From: Lobosporangium transversale
Lineage: Eukaryota
Direction of reading: 5' to 3'
Assembly (NCBI RefSeq): GCF_002105155.1
Contig: NW_019028980.1
Location: 124,001 to 188,000 of the forward strand
Length of the DNA stretch: 64,000 bases
Shown here one piece after another: positions 27,268-44,177 of the stretch. The notes below the pieces were generated by a model, which saw only the letters and a list, made by a program, of their open reading frames with translations, was not told the origin of the DNA and did no database searches. Within the stretch, counting starts at the first letter, position 1; each line of letters opens with the position of its first letter. The position numbers and the translations under genes are program-made.

Positions 27268-27430
27268 TTTTTGATCAATAAAGGAGAGATAGGCTCGCTT
27301 GAATCTTCCTTGAAATTACTAATCGCTCCACCTGAATTCGTTTTTTATTCTTCGTTTATTATTTCAGAATGATAAATACAAGAAATTGAAGTCACACATG
27401 GCAAAGATGAAGCAAATCAAACGATCCTAG
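25146..27430 (+). CDS. SPN1: Transcription elongation factor Spn1/Iws1 (about 10 exons)
   Basis: TFIIS-N/IWS1 domain: ALAKVRMLPTVKKQLNK, FLENGILEAMKLWLEPLQDASLPSLDI, SSVGRVVYFY, KAHALVDKWSRPI, plus AVRVPQ..SYAVMPES. Exon 1 is MSSDK (25146-25160); stop at 27428-27430. Confidence 0.9.
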
Positions 27431-30015
27431 CAATACTTGGGAGAATAGGAAAAGAGGGCTACGAAATGTGTCGGATATATTTAGTTGACCTTGACATGTA
27501 CTACTTGACTACGAAAAATAAATAAATAAATATAAAAAAAAAAAAAAATGAAATAGATAAATAGATATGGAAGAGCACATGTCAACGAACGGTAAATGAC
27601 ATTTGATTGCGCGATCTGGAGAGAAGAGGGCCATTTCGCAAGTAAGAGCGAAAGTGTGCGGGCGTAGACATGATCGAAGGAACTGCATCCTATACCCCCT
27701 GGATCGCTGAATTTGTTTGACTAGCCTTTCCGCGACGGACTAAAAAAGATGAAATGCGAAAAAGAGACTTATAATCAACAACAACGGGAAGCTCAATAGT
27801 TGGTCAGGAACTGGAATGAGTAAAGTGTTTACATACTATACTCACTACATTTGGTTGTTTTTATTCTTCACCTTCGAAAATATAATGCTATGGTTAAAAA
27901 GAAAAAAAAAAAAAAAAAAAAAAAACTTGACCTACTTGTCTGAAGCTGTAGTTACTGACACGGCTCGTACTTTTTGCAATGGCAAACATTGAGAAGTAGG
28001 AAGCAGAATATTATTGATTCCACACAGCTGCCCTTCGCTTTCATTATCCTTCTTTCTCATCTTTCTCATCTTCCACATCCTTCACATTAACTTTAGTGTA
28101 AAAAAGGAAAAAGAAAGAACAATGCGGAAGATTATTATGATGAAATCTAATGAGGCAGTGGCAGTTATGATCATAGGATATTATGACCAAATAACAGCAT
28201 TTAGTTTGTTTTTACGGAGCTTGGAAAAGTTGATAGTGAACAGTAATATAAATAACATCAGCGGTAGTGGGAAGAAAGAAGAGAAAAGAAAATAAAAGTG
28301 GAGTTGGGATAAATATAAATATATAGATGAAGGTTAATAGTTCGCTTTATGCTATGCATCATCATTTAAGGCGATGTTTTCAACCACATGGTATTTTATT
28401 ATTATTATTGTTATTATTATTATTATTAGAGTAATTAGCACAGCCACGCTTGCAAATGACAACAGAGCAAGCAGGAGCAAAGAAATGCTTCACTCAGCAC
28501 AGACCATATGATTATTACAACGACGACTCTCTTGCTGGCTGTACATTTTGTATTTATATAAATGTTGTACTGTATAAAAATGTTGTATACGAATGATGAG
28601 CTTTGAGGAAAGAAAAAAAATAAAAAATAAAAAAAAAAAAAGTTTAAATAATTGAACATGCAATTACGTATTACGTGTGATCCTTTTCATTTCCCAAAAA
28701 AAAAATTCAAAACGCAATTGAGCGTGTTTCGAAGACAAACCCGCCACGTTTCATGAAGAGAATTGATTTGTTTATCTTTAAACATTAATTTTTCTATTTT
28801 CTATTTCCATTTTATATGTACTTTTTATGCATTTCTCAATGCAGTTTTGCTTAACATGATGCAAACCGATCGATTGTATAAAAAAAAAGAGAGAGAGAGA
28901 TAGGAAAACAAAGTGAGAGCAAACAGGCAAGTGCGCAAGTGTGAAAGTATGATGGGTATAAAGACATATAAAATACAATTGAGCATTGACTTTGTATGAG
29001 ATGACATGTGTCTGTGTTGAATAATATTTTCTCTGAGCAAAATAAAATAAAAAATAAAAAGTTGAGCGGCATGTGTTTGGATGTGGGATGTGGCATGTGG
29101 CAGTTGATACGAAGTATGAAAAGGGAGATGAGTTTAATGGTTTAAAAAATGAATTGGTTGGATAGTATATATAAATGGTATAAATGAAAAAAGCGGTTGG
29201 TCTATAGACAAGCTCTACTGCATGCAGATGTATATATTATATTACTCAATGCTTTAGCTTTCTCTCCATTCTTTCTCTTCTCCCTCTTACTTTCTCTGAG
29301 ACAGACACAGACACAGACACAGAACAGACAAAGGGTAAAAAAAAAAAAAATTTGTGCGTGTATTTGGTATTTGATAGAGTACAGATGTATACATGAATAC
29401 ATACAGATGCAGTATGTACTAGAGTAGAATACCTTTTTTTTATATGATTCAATTGTGTTTACAGTTGACAAGGTATCAAATTGTCAATGCCCCCATACCG
29501 ATACGCCATTTTGTATGTGCGTGTGTGCACATGGCATTTCATGGAACATTAAAAGACTAAAAAGAATTTTTGTCTCTCCCATTGCACACATTCCTTGGAT
29601 CATCCTCATTTCTTTTTTACTTTCTTTCACTTTTCATCCTTCACCTTCACTTTGTTTCTCTTTCCTTCCTCTCTCAATCCTTAATCTGCTATCCATCGCT
29701 GTTTCTTGTAATCCCATTAACCTTTTTTTTTTTTTTTTTTTTTCTCTCTCTCTGTCTATTTCCTTTTCTATCCTATCTCGCCTATCCTATCCTGCCCAGT
29801 CCCTTTTCTTTCCTATTCTTTTCTTTCTCTTTTCTTTTCTCTTCTCTCTCTTCTCTCTTCTCTCTTTCTCCTTCTTCTTCTTCTCGCACACTTACTTCTA
29901 TCTTCCTCTTCCCTCCCCCCCCTTTTTTTTTCCTCTTCTTTTCTTCATACGACTAAAAAGAAAAAGCCGTTGCAGCACTTTACCATTGCTGCTATAACTA
30001 AAATCTACTTCCGAC

Positions 30016-32523
<2,508 letters not shown>

Positions 32524-33108
32524 TACGAACCCTTTTTTTTCCTATCCTCCTTTCTTTCGCATCTATTCACACATACACACCACATCCTCTCTATCACTCC
32601 CTATTAAGATAGTCGTGTGGTGGTGTTCTTGACATTTTTGTATCTACTGTTTCCTCTCTGTATTTCTTCACTATCCACTTTCTCAACAAGTTTTTTTTTT
32701 TTTTTTTTTTTTTCTATACCAGTCGTATCTTATCCATCTTTCACTTCGTTCTATTTCTATTTCTTGTTTCTAGTTTCTGATTGTTTTCTTTTTATTATTT
32801 TTGACTTCATGTATTCCCGATATACTCATAACATCACAAGAAAGTACCTCTCATCAAATACCAAAAATAAAATAAAATAAAATAACATTTATAAATAACA
32901 TAAAAAAAAAGATACGATTTTTTTAATAAAAGTGTCTCTCAAATCTTAAAAATCAAAAGGGCAAAACACAAATAATAAAAGTAAAAAGCACAAGCGATGA
33001 TGGAAAGATGGGGGGTATAGGTCTTTTTGTATGCTGCTTCAATATTCAATCAAAAAACGTTCCTGCGTTTTTTCTTTTCTGATTCTGCCACAAACAATCG
33101 TATCACTT

Positions 33109-36100
33109 TCATCCCTTAACTTTGGGCTCTCCAAGCGCAATGCTATGACCCGACCGGTAGATCACACCATCCGTCCGGACGAGCAACATTGGAATACAGT
33201 CAGACTCGCTCTGACTACCCTTAACGCGCTTTCGTCGGAACCGGTTATTGGTCGATCGCAGGTGCTTGTCAGACTCTTCCATCATTGCTTCCTGATCTTC
33301 ATCCTCTCCTTTTCCTTCATCATCTTCTTCATCATCTCTTACATCCAAATCATCATCATCTTTTCGGAAATAAAATGATGATTTTAGCGTCACCTCTGGT
33401 GGAATATGGACTACCATCGATTCTGGTGATTGGTATTCGGTCACGGGGGCTTTAATCGTTCCAAACCAAACAGACAAATCTCGTGAAAATCCATGACCCT
33501 TTAGGGTCATGACACGTGGTGTCCCTGAGCCTCCATTGCTGTTACGGTGATGTTGTTGGTGATGATGAATTTGATGATGATGGAACGATCCATCTTGTTG
33601 ATAAGTATTGCCATTGTTCTGATGTGACTCCATCACCCGAAGAGCTTTGTTTCCGTGATTTTTACTGAATGAGTGATGACTGCTTCCACCACTGTTGTTA
33701 CCAGAGCTCGTTGTAGTATTTACAGTACTGTTGATGTAGATAGGCCCTACTGAGGCTCGTGATCCAAATGGGTGGCCATTTAGGCAGATTTCTAGCACCA
33801 TAGGAACCGCCGTCACAGGTGACCGGGGCAGTGACATGGACTCATTGCCTCCAGGTGTGCAGAAATTGTACTGGGCGCAATCTTTGTTATTGAACAGAAA
33901 GAAGATGGTCAGAGCAGCTTCATCAGGGATAGGAAAACACAATAGCAGAATGTAGCTAATATGCATAAAAAATTAAATAAATCTCTTACCAGTTCCTACA
34001 ATGGTCCAGACAGCAGCATCCGTGACATCTTCAGTCCAGATAGATGAATGGCGTCGCTGCTGTTGTATGGTCAGGACCTTACCGGTCTCCTTGTTTGAAC
34101 CAAGCTTATCCTTTCCCAACTCTGCTCCAGCTGCAGAACCAGTAGAGCCTACAGCACCCGAGTTTGCAGCACTGACATAGACTTGAATCGGATTCTGATG
34201 ATACTGGCTATTGGCCGCCAATGCACCGGCTCGAATTCGCTGGGCCTCAGCTTGAGTCACACTCATACTATTGACTCTCCTTCTCGACTTGACCATCGCT
34301 TTAGTAGATCCGCCAGTTGGCTTGATCACGACTGAAGATGATACGCGTCTCTTGCGCTCAACCTTATGTCCATCAGCAGTTGTGATTACGGCCTTTTCGT
34401 TGCCACCACCAGCGCTTCCAAATGCACCCGTCCGCATAGCCTTATTTGCTGCCTCTGACCAGGTAGACATCAGTACCTCTGGGACACTGCCCTCTGGAAT
34501 TTCAGGAACGATATCCATCGCAAACGAACTTGAAGACTGGGTAGTACTGTTGCCACTATTACTGCTACCATCATCATCTTCATTTGTCAAAGCAGAACAG
34601 TTGGCAGAGCCCTTGGTATCTGGCAGATACCTTTTTCCCTCGTTCGCCCGTTGCATGCCCACAACATCTCCCAGACATGCGAGGTATGTTCCTTGTTGAA
34701 GCTTGGACTGCGATGTTTCAGCAGAGGTGGACTGACCCGTGATCTGAAACGCCACTTTGTGGAGTTGCGAGACTGGATCTCCGATAGCTTCTTGGTCATA
34801 TTCGGCTGCTAATTGGCCAGAAGAACCTCCCCCCAGAACCATGCTGCCCTTATCAACCTTCCGGATCACCATTACAGGACTGACAAGACCAGTGGAAAGA
34901 CATTGCAGAACAATCGGTTGGTTATAGTGAATAGGCGTCTGGGGCCCATTTTCCGGAGGCGAATTGATTGCAATGGCGGGTGGTGGTGGGAACCCTGGAT
35001 GACGCTGAAAGTGTTCCTGCAGAGTTTCCGTCCTGGTCTGACCTGGAGTCACTATCCAAACAACAAAGGGATCCCAGCTTCCAGTCCGTGCCACAAAGCA
35101 TGTGCCTCCATCCGTATTTACAGGGTTGACTGAGGCATCAGGAAGTGGATCAAGGCTAGGCCAGTCCCTGAGGTTATTATTACCATAGTTCCATGGCGCA
35201 TGCGCTGAGGGCTGGGCCGTCGTGGACACCCCTAGATATTTTGTTGACACTGTCTGAGACCGAATCCTGTTAAATAATGAGATTGTGGTACCGTGATGGA
35301 TGCATACTAAGATTAAATTCAGATTAAACAAAACATCGACATGTTAATAATATATCAAGCCATACAATGCGAAAAGGATAGAAATTAAAAAAATAAAAAA
35401 AATAAAAATTACATTCCATGTTCTTGATACTCTGGCGCTTTTTACTGGGCTTGCTGATAACTTTGATAGGTCGACTGGCAAATGTACCTAGCTCGATATC
35501 ACCAGCCATCAAGAACTTGACTAAGACTTCGACTTTTTTACGCTTCTCATCTGCATCGTTGATATACAACTGTTTCGAGACACATTTTCCTGTCACGATC
35601 GGTGTTACAGAATCATCCTTAGTCGTCGTCCAATCGATCACTCCTTGTTGACTGCCAGCTTCTCCACAGATTGAGATGACCATCTTTGGTGGTGTAGGAA
35701 TGGGATTGGTTGTCTCTCCTAAAGACTGGTTACCACTACTGCAACTACCTGGTGAAGGCACTGACCACCAGTTACCGCCAAGGAGCATGGTCGTAGGTGG
35801 TGGGCATAGGAAACGCTTCTCTGTTCCATAAGATTTTTGAGCCACCTTTGATGTAAGGATTAATACTGACTTTTCACCCCCTGCAGCTGGAGTTTTAGCG
35901 GCAAGAAAACGTTTGATGATGGTCCTATCAAGAATATATTTCGTGTGATTAATAAGTTACAGCTGCATTTTGAGCAAGGTATGGAAAGTAATGGCAAAAT
36001 AGAGAATGTAACAGATTAAAACTTACTTCATAGTCTTGTTTGAAGGCGGCTTGAGATCTGGTGACAACATGATGGGCTTTAATGAAGCAGCAGATCCATG

Positions 36101-38404
36101 GCATGGCAATCTGGGGGATTCCGCTATTTCTTCCTTCTCATCAACTAAAGACGACGAAGAAGAGATAGTGCGGCTACGAGCAGGTCTTGGAGGACTACTA
36201 CTGTTGGAAGGCGATGAAGCTGAGGGTGAGCGGGAAACGCCTTCATTAGAACGACGTTTGCGTGGAATCCTGGTAAACTGGGTTGTGCCACTCTGACTAT
36301 GACTATGACTATAATGGCTATGGCTATGACTTGTAAGAACGTTGTTTCCGGTAGGCGTTATAGGCGCATCTAGGATTGGCCCATCGCCACTAAAGATAGA
36401 ACGCGAAACGTCATGATCATGATCAATCTCAGGTGTTGATGCTGTCTCCATCTTGATCGTTGTTTGTTCCTCTTGATAGGCCGTAGCAAAGAAGCTGGGG
36501 TTCACCTCTACACTATGTGGGTCAATGTGATCAGGAGAGTGACAAATCGAGTCCCGATGTTGAAGTGTGGATATCGACGATGTTTGTACAGTTGAGGATG
36601 TAATATCCTGTTTGTCAATAAAGCTCATGTCACCTGACATGTCAAAGTTACATGCAATATCCATGGGGGTTACTGTCTCAACAGGGGGGTGCATTGAGTC
36701 TGCTGAAGCTCTAAACATGCGATGACCAACTTCACTGAGCGAACCAAGCGATGATGGAGAAGAAGCACTTGACGCATGCATCTCGATGAAGGATCCCATA
36801 GAAGTGTCTGTCTGGATGGAAGCTCTGCTGCGATCTTGCGAGCCTAAAATAAATGGGCTATTCTGGTACAAGATCGATCCAGGGCTCCCTAATGCTTCTC
36901 CAAATGCGGGCGAAAAGAATGCGGGCGTCAATGGTGCGGTTACACAGCCATTTGTAGGCGATAGTGGAGCAGAAATACTGCTGTCGCTGGGGTCACGGCC
37001 TTCAGTTCCGAAGCGAAAATCGCCGTTCCTAACATCACCACTCAATCGGAATGAACTGGACCTGCCTGAAATGTCGACATGTAAATCACTGGGGCGCTTT
37101 GTCACTGTCCGAGTCGGTGCTATGCTCATTTTGCTGCTTATGCTCGGCGCAACCGAGAAAGGATGAATGCTCGTTGAAGCCATGGACTGTTGGTGTTGCT
37201 GTTGAGAGATTTGGGACGACTCTTGTTGGTGGTGAAACTGCAGCTGCTGTCGCTGAATGCGTAACGAATCATCCTGTTTTATCAACTCTGACAAATTTGG
37301 AGTGGATGCATGTCGGAAATGGCCCTTCATATCGTGACTAAGCTGATGCTGTTGTTGAAACACCATGTCCTCTAATGGCTGCTGCTGCGCCGTTAACCCG
37401 CTCATAGACAGAGGGCGTGACTGACCAAATAGAGCATGCTGTGACATTGCATCCTCTTCAAGCTGTGAGGATTGTTGCTGTTGTTGTTGAGGAATAAATG
37501 ACTGTTGAGGTTGAAATGCGAATGGTTGCTGTTGCGACTGCAGCTGTGGCTGGGGCTGCCCTTCTCCATGATGCTGAATCGGAAATATAATAGGCTGCTG
37601 TTGCTGTGACGACGACAAGGGCGCAGAAGAAAACGGCGTTGGCCCTGACTCGGATGAACTAAATTCCATCTGCGCAGGATTAAATCCTTGTGCATGCGCA
37701 TGCGATTGCTGTTGTTGTTGTTGTTGATGATGCTGTGACCGCAATGGGTGCTGTTGTTGTTCCATGGCGGCGGCGGCAGCAGCAGCAGCAGATGCTTTGA
37801 GGCTCTTCATATAATGCGGTTTCAACGCAAGATCAAGGTTCACAGCACCATTTTGATCAATCATGGCTGTATCTGCTGAATCAGAACCGATAAAGGAATT
37901 ATGGCCGCTGCCGCCATTGCCTGTATGGCCCAATGTAATAGCCATGCTACTGTCCCCATTGCTACTATTTCCATTCCCATGAAACCCGCTACTATCCATG
38001 GATCCTCCTGCTACACCGTTCTCGAGTGAATTGCCAGGAACCAACATACTATTCGGAGATGCGTCAAAGATTGAGGAGATGGGACCAGCCATCCCCGATG
38101 GGAGGCCAAAGTCATTTGATGTAAACTCTGTGTGGTCAATTGGGAAGGGATCTGGCTGTCCGCTAAATTGAAACATACTGTCAAATCCGAGCGAAGTCAG
38201 ATTGTTAAAGTCACTGGGAGGCTGAATCCAGTCCGGCACAAGGCTTGAGCCTGTATCCATAGAGCTTGAGAATACTCCGTCCTGATCAGACACAGCAGAT
38301 GCGGATCGCTGCAGCTGGCCTAGCTGATGAGAGTGATGCATCTGGGCCGAAGGACTGGCTGGCAGCAACTGCTGCTCGACTGTCCGTGTATGGATGTCCG
38401 CCAT
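33109..38404 (-). CDS. Fungal CSL (CBF1/RBP-J/Su(H)/LAG-1) transcription factor; introns 35925-36026, 35307-35412, 33882-33989
   Basis: LAG1 domain SKVAQKSYGTEKRFLCPPP and SRPIKVISKPSKKRQS; beta-trefoil ISLFNRIRSQTVSTKYL, VLQCLSTGLVSPVMVIRKVDK, DPVSQLHKVAFQ and AVWTIVGTD; IPT domain LKGHGFSRDLSVWFG and PMLLVRTDGVIY. It also has a ~790-aa Gln-rich N-terminal extension. Confidence 0.94.
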
Positions 38405-41400
38405 GAACAACTAACTGAATAACAGTGCCTTATAATAAGGGAAGAGAGCGTGTTCAGGTACTCGAGACCTTGGCCAGATAATCAGCAAAGAACTAGGAGA
38501 TAAAAGGACTCGCCAACACGGACGCTTGCGTGCTCTAGATACATAAGGTAGAAGATAGTGGGGAAAAGTATAAGTTATCTGATGGAAGTACTTTGAAAGA
38601 TTGCCGATCATAAATAAAATGGCGCAAGTAAATGTAGACATGGTGACCAGGCTAGACTAGGCTAGACCAGGCGAGGAAAGCGAAGAAACAGCAGGGCGTT
38701 AAAAACAAAAGTGGACCAAGCGGAAGACAACATCCCCCGCATCATAATAAAATAGGATGATGACACCCATCAACTACACAGGCCTGCACTATGCACACAC
38801 AGACACATACAGGAGACAGGGAGAGAATCGAAAGCAGAAAAGGGGATGGTCAAAAACAATAAAAATAAATAAATAAATGCGCGCCTTCGCGAGGCTTCTT
38901 CTTTTTCAAAAGTGCATGGAATCGTAAGTCGTATTTGTGTATTTGTATATGTGTGTATACAGAGAAAAAGATAGAAAGAGAGAAAGCAAGAGCAACCTAC
39001 AAAAACAATTAAATATAAAAAGACAAGTGGGGACAATGAAGAGGTGCACGTGCAGAAGCCAGGACGAAGAGTAGCCAACAAGATTTGCAAAAAAGTAGAA
39101 TTGTGAGGTCGGGCAGGCGGTGGAGTGGAGCTGCGAGGTTGCGAAATAAAAAATAAAAAGGAAAGTGGAGTCAAGTGGAGTAAAAAAGGGAGTTGAGTGA
39201 CGAATTAGAAAGGAGGTGCACTGGGTGGCTGGGGGATTTAGACGGGGACAAAATCCAATGTAATAGACACAGTGACAACACTAGCCATTTTGGCTTTTTA
39301 CTCGTTGTGTGTATGATTAATGCTTTCGTTTGGTGTATAAGCACGTACACAACCCTCGACGCATTGGGAGCACATGAAGATGGGGGCAAAAAAAAAAAAA
39401 AAAGATAAAGATAAAGATGTGGTGGTTGAAATGACTTGAAGTAATAAATAACAACCACAAGCAACAATAACAGAAGCAACTTCAACAAGATAACACTTGC
39501 TGTTATCGGCACATACTGGATTAAAAAGATACACACAACAATAAACAATAGAATAAGGAGGTTTCGAGGTACAACGAACGCCTGAAGCAGGAAAAAAAAA
39601 AAAGAAATGCAGCCTTTGTACTCAAACAACATCAGTGCACAACCATTAGACTCTCATTTTCTTGTTTGTTGCTCTTAGACAATTGAGAATCAAAAGCGAC
39701 TGCAAAGAATAAAACAAGCAGTAAATACAGCCAACGCGACTCTGACGCGTGGTGTACATGAATGTACACATAAAACTCCAGAAGAGAAATAAAAAATTTA
39801 AGGGATAGATGAAGAAAGGCAATGCGAGGGGGAAGGGGAGAGGGAACGTAAGTGATGAGGAAGAGTGAAGATCAAAGATCAAAAGATGTAACACCACTCG
39901 TAGAATTTGCAAATACAGCCATGCGTTCTTCTCGAAGACATGGACTAAATGATCAGCATAAGAAAACACAATTATGCGATGGTATGATACTACTGTGCAT
40001 ATCTGATACGGCGTGTAATAGAGAACGTATTCGATTTGCATCAAAGAATGGGATAGAGGGATATAGGGATATAGGGATATAGGGAATTGGGGAGAAACTA
40101 TAGCCAGCAATTGAAGGCGTGATCGGGTCTTGGTTCACAATAAATTAAAGAATAAAGGAATAAAGGGACCGCGAATGTAACCTGCATTGGATTGACATGT
40201 ACCTGACAACAAATGCTGGGCGGATTAGATCGGAGTTGAGGTCTAAAGGTAGGATATGGCGAGAATAAAGCTTTTCTTGTAAATTACCAATACTTAGATA
40301 CATGTATTCAGTTTGTCAACAAGGGAATGACATGCAAAGGCAATAAGGCAACAAAGAAAAGTTGAAAGGAAAAAAAAAAAGAGATAGAGGGAGAGAAAGA
40401 TAGAGAAAGAGAGCGAGCCGGAAATTGATGAGTGCACCAAGTGTGCAAAGTAATAGTGTGAAAGAGAAGCATCGACAAATCTCTCTTTCTCGCTCACCAA
40501 GTTGGGCACAATGGAGGCCCACAAAAGATGAGTGGAGAAATATAGACTACGCGCAAGTTGCTGTCTTGCTCAGTCGGCTCTTCTGTTGTTTGTTTGCATC
40601 TTTCCGTTTTTGTCTTTTATTCCCCATCCCCTTTTTTCTTTTTGATAGTTGAATGAATAGACAGATGGTTGCACAGCATCATGAGCAATAGTTTTGTTGA
40701 TTGTATTCGTTTCTATGTTTCTATGTCTCTCATCTATTCGCTTTGCTCTTCCATCATTTATATGACCTGCACGTACTGAATGTGATCAAGGGTTATATAA
40801 ACAGAAAATAATGGAAGCCCATACCGCGTATCGTGCATCGCATATCGCGTACCGAACAAAATGGCAAGAACAGAACGGCATGTCTTCGCTACACATTCCT
40901 TTCACATTCCGTTTACATTGATTGCTTCCCAAGCAGAAACTCAATAGAACTGATAACAACAAAAAAGTAGGGGTGTAACCTTGGAAGAAATAGCCTCCCA
41001 TAATTGAAAAGGGTGTTCGAAAGGAGAAAGATTGGGAAAAAAAAAAAAAAAAGGAGAAACAAAGGAAGGGGGCTACACCGAAGAGTAGTACGAATCGATT
41101 CGCTTTCCTTTCTTCCTTGACACACACCACTTTTTCTCTTAAAATAAGGCACAAGTAAGATGTGGGACGGAACTGTCAATGACCAAGGATAATTACAAAG
41201 AAAGAGAGGCGTTTTGCCTAGCTGTGACGGGAGAATCAATACCGCTACAAGAGGGCATCACGATACTTTTTCTTTTTTCGATGCATGTGTTAATGGTGAA
41301 AATAATCACACAGCATCTGGCTCCAGCCCAGCACTAACAATGCGCCACAAAAGAGCGTCAAGGGAAGAAGACAGGGTCACAATGATTCTTAGACCCAAGT

Positions 41401-41950
41401 CCTTCATCATATCCTTTAGCGTACATGACGAGTGGCTTACCTACTGCACTGTTGACGCACTAAAGCAAGAGCCTAAAGTTAATGTATGCAAACAGAGGCT
41501 TCTAGCGCACAGAAGAAAAGAAGCAAAATGAACGAAATAAAAGAATAAAAAGCAACAAGGGGTTCAGTTAGAACCGTTGTGATTAACAATATATAAGATC
41601 CCTCTAATAACTGGCTAACGACACGGTCTGCAGGTGAATTCAAGAGGAAATGTTGGAACAAACAACTGTATTGCTGCAATATATTAAAAAAAAAAAAAAA
41701 GAAAGAAAAAAAAAAGAGCAGCACTCATCCGAGCGGACGCCTACACTCAAAAAAGACACGCGTATGATGAGCCTGTGCAAGTACCGAAAATGGCTGTATC
41801 ATTGACGAATGTATTCAGTATTACAAAGAGGATATTTTTGCGAATAAAGACAATGCCTTTGAATTGAAGCAACGACAGTTATGAAAGCGGTATCAGCATC
41901 AGCATCAGCATCAGCATTGCGCAATTATTGACTTTTGCGTTTTGGTACCA

Positions 41951-41984
<34 letters not shown>

Positions 41985-42363
41985 TCGAGTTGGAGCTCAG
42001 CTTTTGAACGACACATGTTCCTGAGATGTTGAAGAAACATGAAGGGATGTGATGAAAGATCTCTTTAACTCCACCTCTTCTTTTTTTTTTTTTTTTTTTT
42101 TTTTTCTTTCTTTTTATTTTATTCTTATTTTTTAGAAAATAAAAAAAGATAAATAAAAAGAGTATACAACAAGACAAAAAGGGCAAAAGAAACTAGGATG
42201 GCTTTTGATCTGAATGTCTGACTTTACCTTGTCCGGCTCAAGTCAATAGGATAGTTATATGTGCGTTAAAAGAGTAGATGCAGTGGATGAGGGTATAATC
42301 AACTAAATGGATTAAGATGGGTATGAAACAGCGAGTCAGAGAGAAGGAATATCCGGGTAAGCT

Positions 42364-42407
42364 GAGTGAGTAGAGTGAGTAGAGTGAGTAGAGTGAGTAG
42401 AGTGAGT
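42364..42407. repeat. 9-bp tandem repeat (GAGTGAGTA) x~5
   Basis: Read directly from the sequence. Confidence 0.9.
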
Positions 42408-44144
42408 TGAGCGATGCAAGTAATGTGAGTGAATGAATGAATAATAAATCCCTATTGTGTAATATGAAAATGGTTGAATGAATGAACAGAATGTTGACAA
42501 AGTGAGATCTGAATGAAAGCTGGCAGATCCAGAAGAAGTAGAGATAAAAGATTGGAAGCAAAAAAAAGCAAAGCAGAAGTCAATAGAGCAGAAGCAAAAG
42601 CCAACGGAACAGAAGCAGAAGCGGAGGCAGAGAGAGAGAGAAAGAGAGAGAGAAGGGAGAAGAGGAAGTGGAGGTAATGAGGTTTGACCATGAAAAGCAA
42701 GGCTAGCCTAGCCCCAGTCCCAAGTCCCAATGGCAAGCTGCAGTAGTCTATGTGCCATTGAAAGCAAAAAAACGTTGTGTTCTCCTTTGTGCAACAAACA
42801 TATGACACTCTTGCTCTTCTCTTTCCTCTCCTTTCTTTCTCGAGTCAATGCATTCTGTGCTTTTAGATCATTTTTCATTTCAGAACGGATGAACTCATAT
42901 TAACATTTATGCTCACAAGGATCCCATCCTGGGTATGGTACATGCGCATGCACCCTAACTGTCAAATACACTCAATGAACGACCATATCCTCAATGCTTA
43001 GTTTGCTTCCCTTAGCAGAAACAATCATTCTTCTCGTGCTCGTGTTTACATAAAGACACGAGATTGTTTATGAAAGATGAATAACAAATAACACCTCCAG
43101 ATACTTGTCTCCGTCATTGTCCAAATGAATTCGTGTTCTGTTGCCTATCTACTCTATCTACTCCATTCTTCTCAATTATATATTGTGCAGTAGTGTTATA
43201 ATTAACTAAAACGCCGTTCTTTTTTTTTTTTTTATACAGGGAATACATATTGCACTTGTGATTGCTGCAAAACAAAATAAAATCGGGCCTTCCTCAAATG
43301 GGGATGAATGCTGCATACTGTTGACACTACATTGATATTGACATTGATATTGTTATTGACATTACATTGATTTTGACAATGATGTTGATATTGTTGATAT
43401 TGATGTGGATATTGATGTAACGGATTGAATTGAATGACATTAAAAACTCAAATATTCATTTGTTTAAACAACAGTCACTGGCGCCGAGAGTACATGTGGA
43501 TTGTACTCCTGTTTTCCAACGTAGACGAGATCGTAGGAGGGTGCCGTATCCATCTCTGTTCGATGCAGAAATGAATATTTAATGTTTTTAGTTCATGAAT
43601 TATGATATATTATATATATAAAAATATTCCTTGTGTCTGTTGTCCAGGACTTTGACACCTAAAAAAAAAATAAAGAAAGTTCATGTATGCTCCAGAAGGT
43701 ATCCTTTCCCCCATCGTCTCCTTGAGACATTGACAAGAATAGAAGGGCTTCCTCCTCCTTTCTGATTTTTTTTTTCCGCTTCATGACACCAATAGCACTT
43801 CTCTCCCTTTGTCTCTCCACAAGAAGCAGCTACTTGAGCTTGAGCCGCATTTGGTAGCTAAGCTCTTCTATCAAAACTAAAGTTCATTTCTATTGAATAG
43901 AATAAATAGTACTGAATAATATTACTTACAGTTATACGGAGATCACTGCTCCCGAGTCAGCCTCCTCTGCAGATTGGACAACGTCATCCCTCATGTCAAG
44001 CACTCGAGGACACACCCTCTTAACTTCCAGCTCCATTGAGAAGATTTTATCTTGTAAGTCTCCTTTATCTTTTGGCAGATTTAACATCCATCAAGGGTGG
44101 ACAGATAATCTACGTGTAATACTCTTACCTTTTCCTTGCTTCTG

Positions 44145-44177
<33 letters not shown>

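Noticed and set aside
27657..27686. CGRRHDRRNC peptide resembling a TnpB zinc-ribbon/RuvC-III end
   Set aside because: It lacks the first Cys, the DRDxN spacing and any upstream RuvC motifs. Too short to support a second Fanzor.
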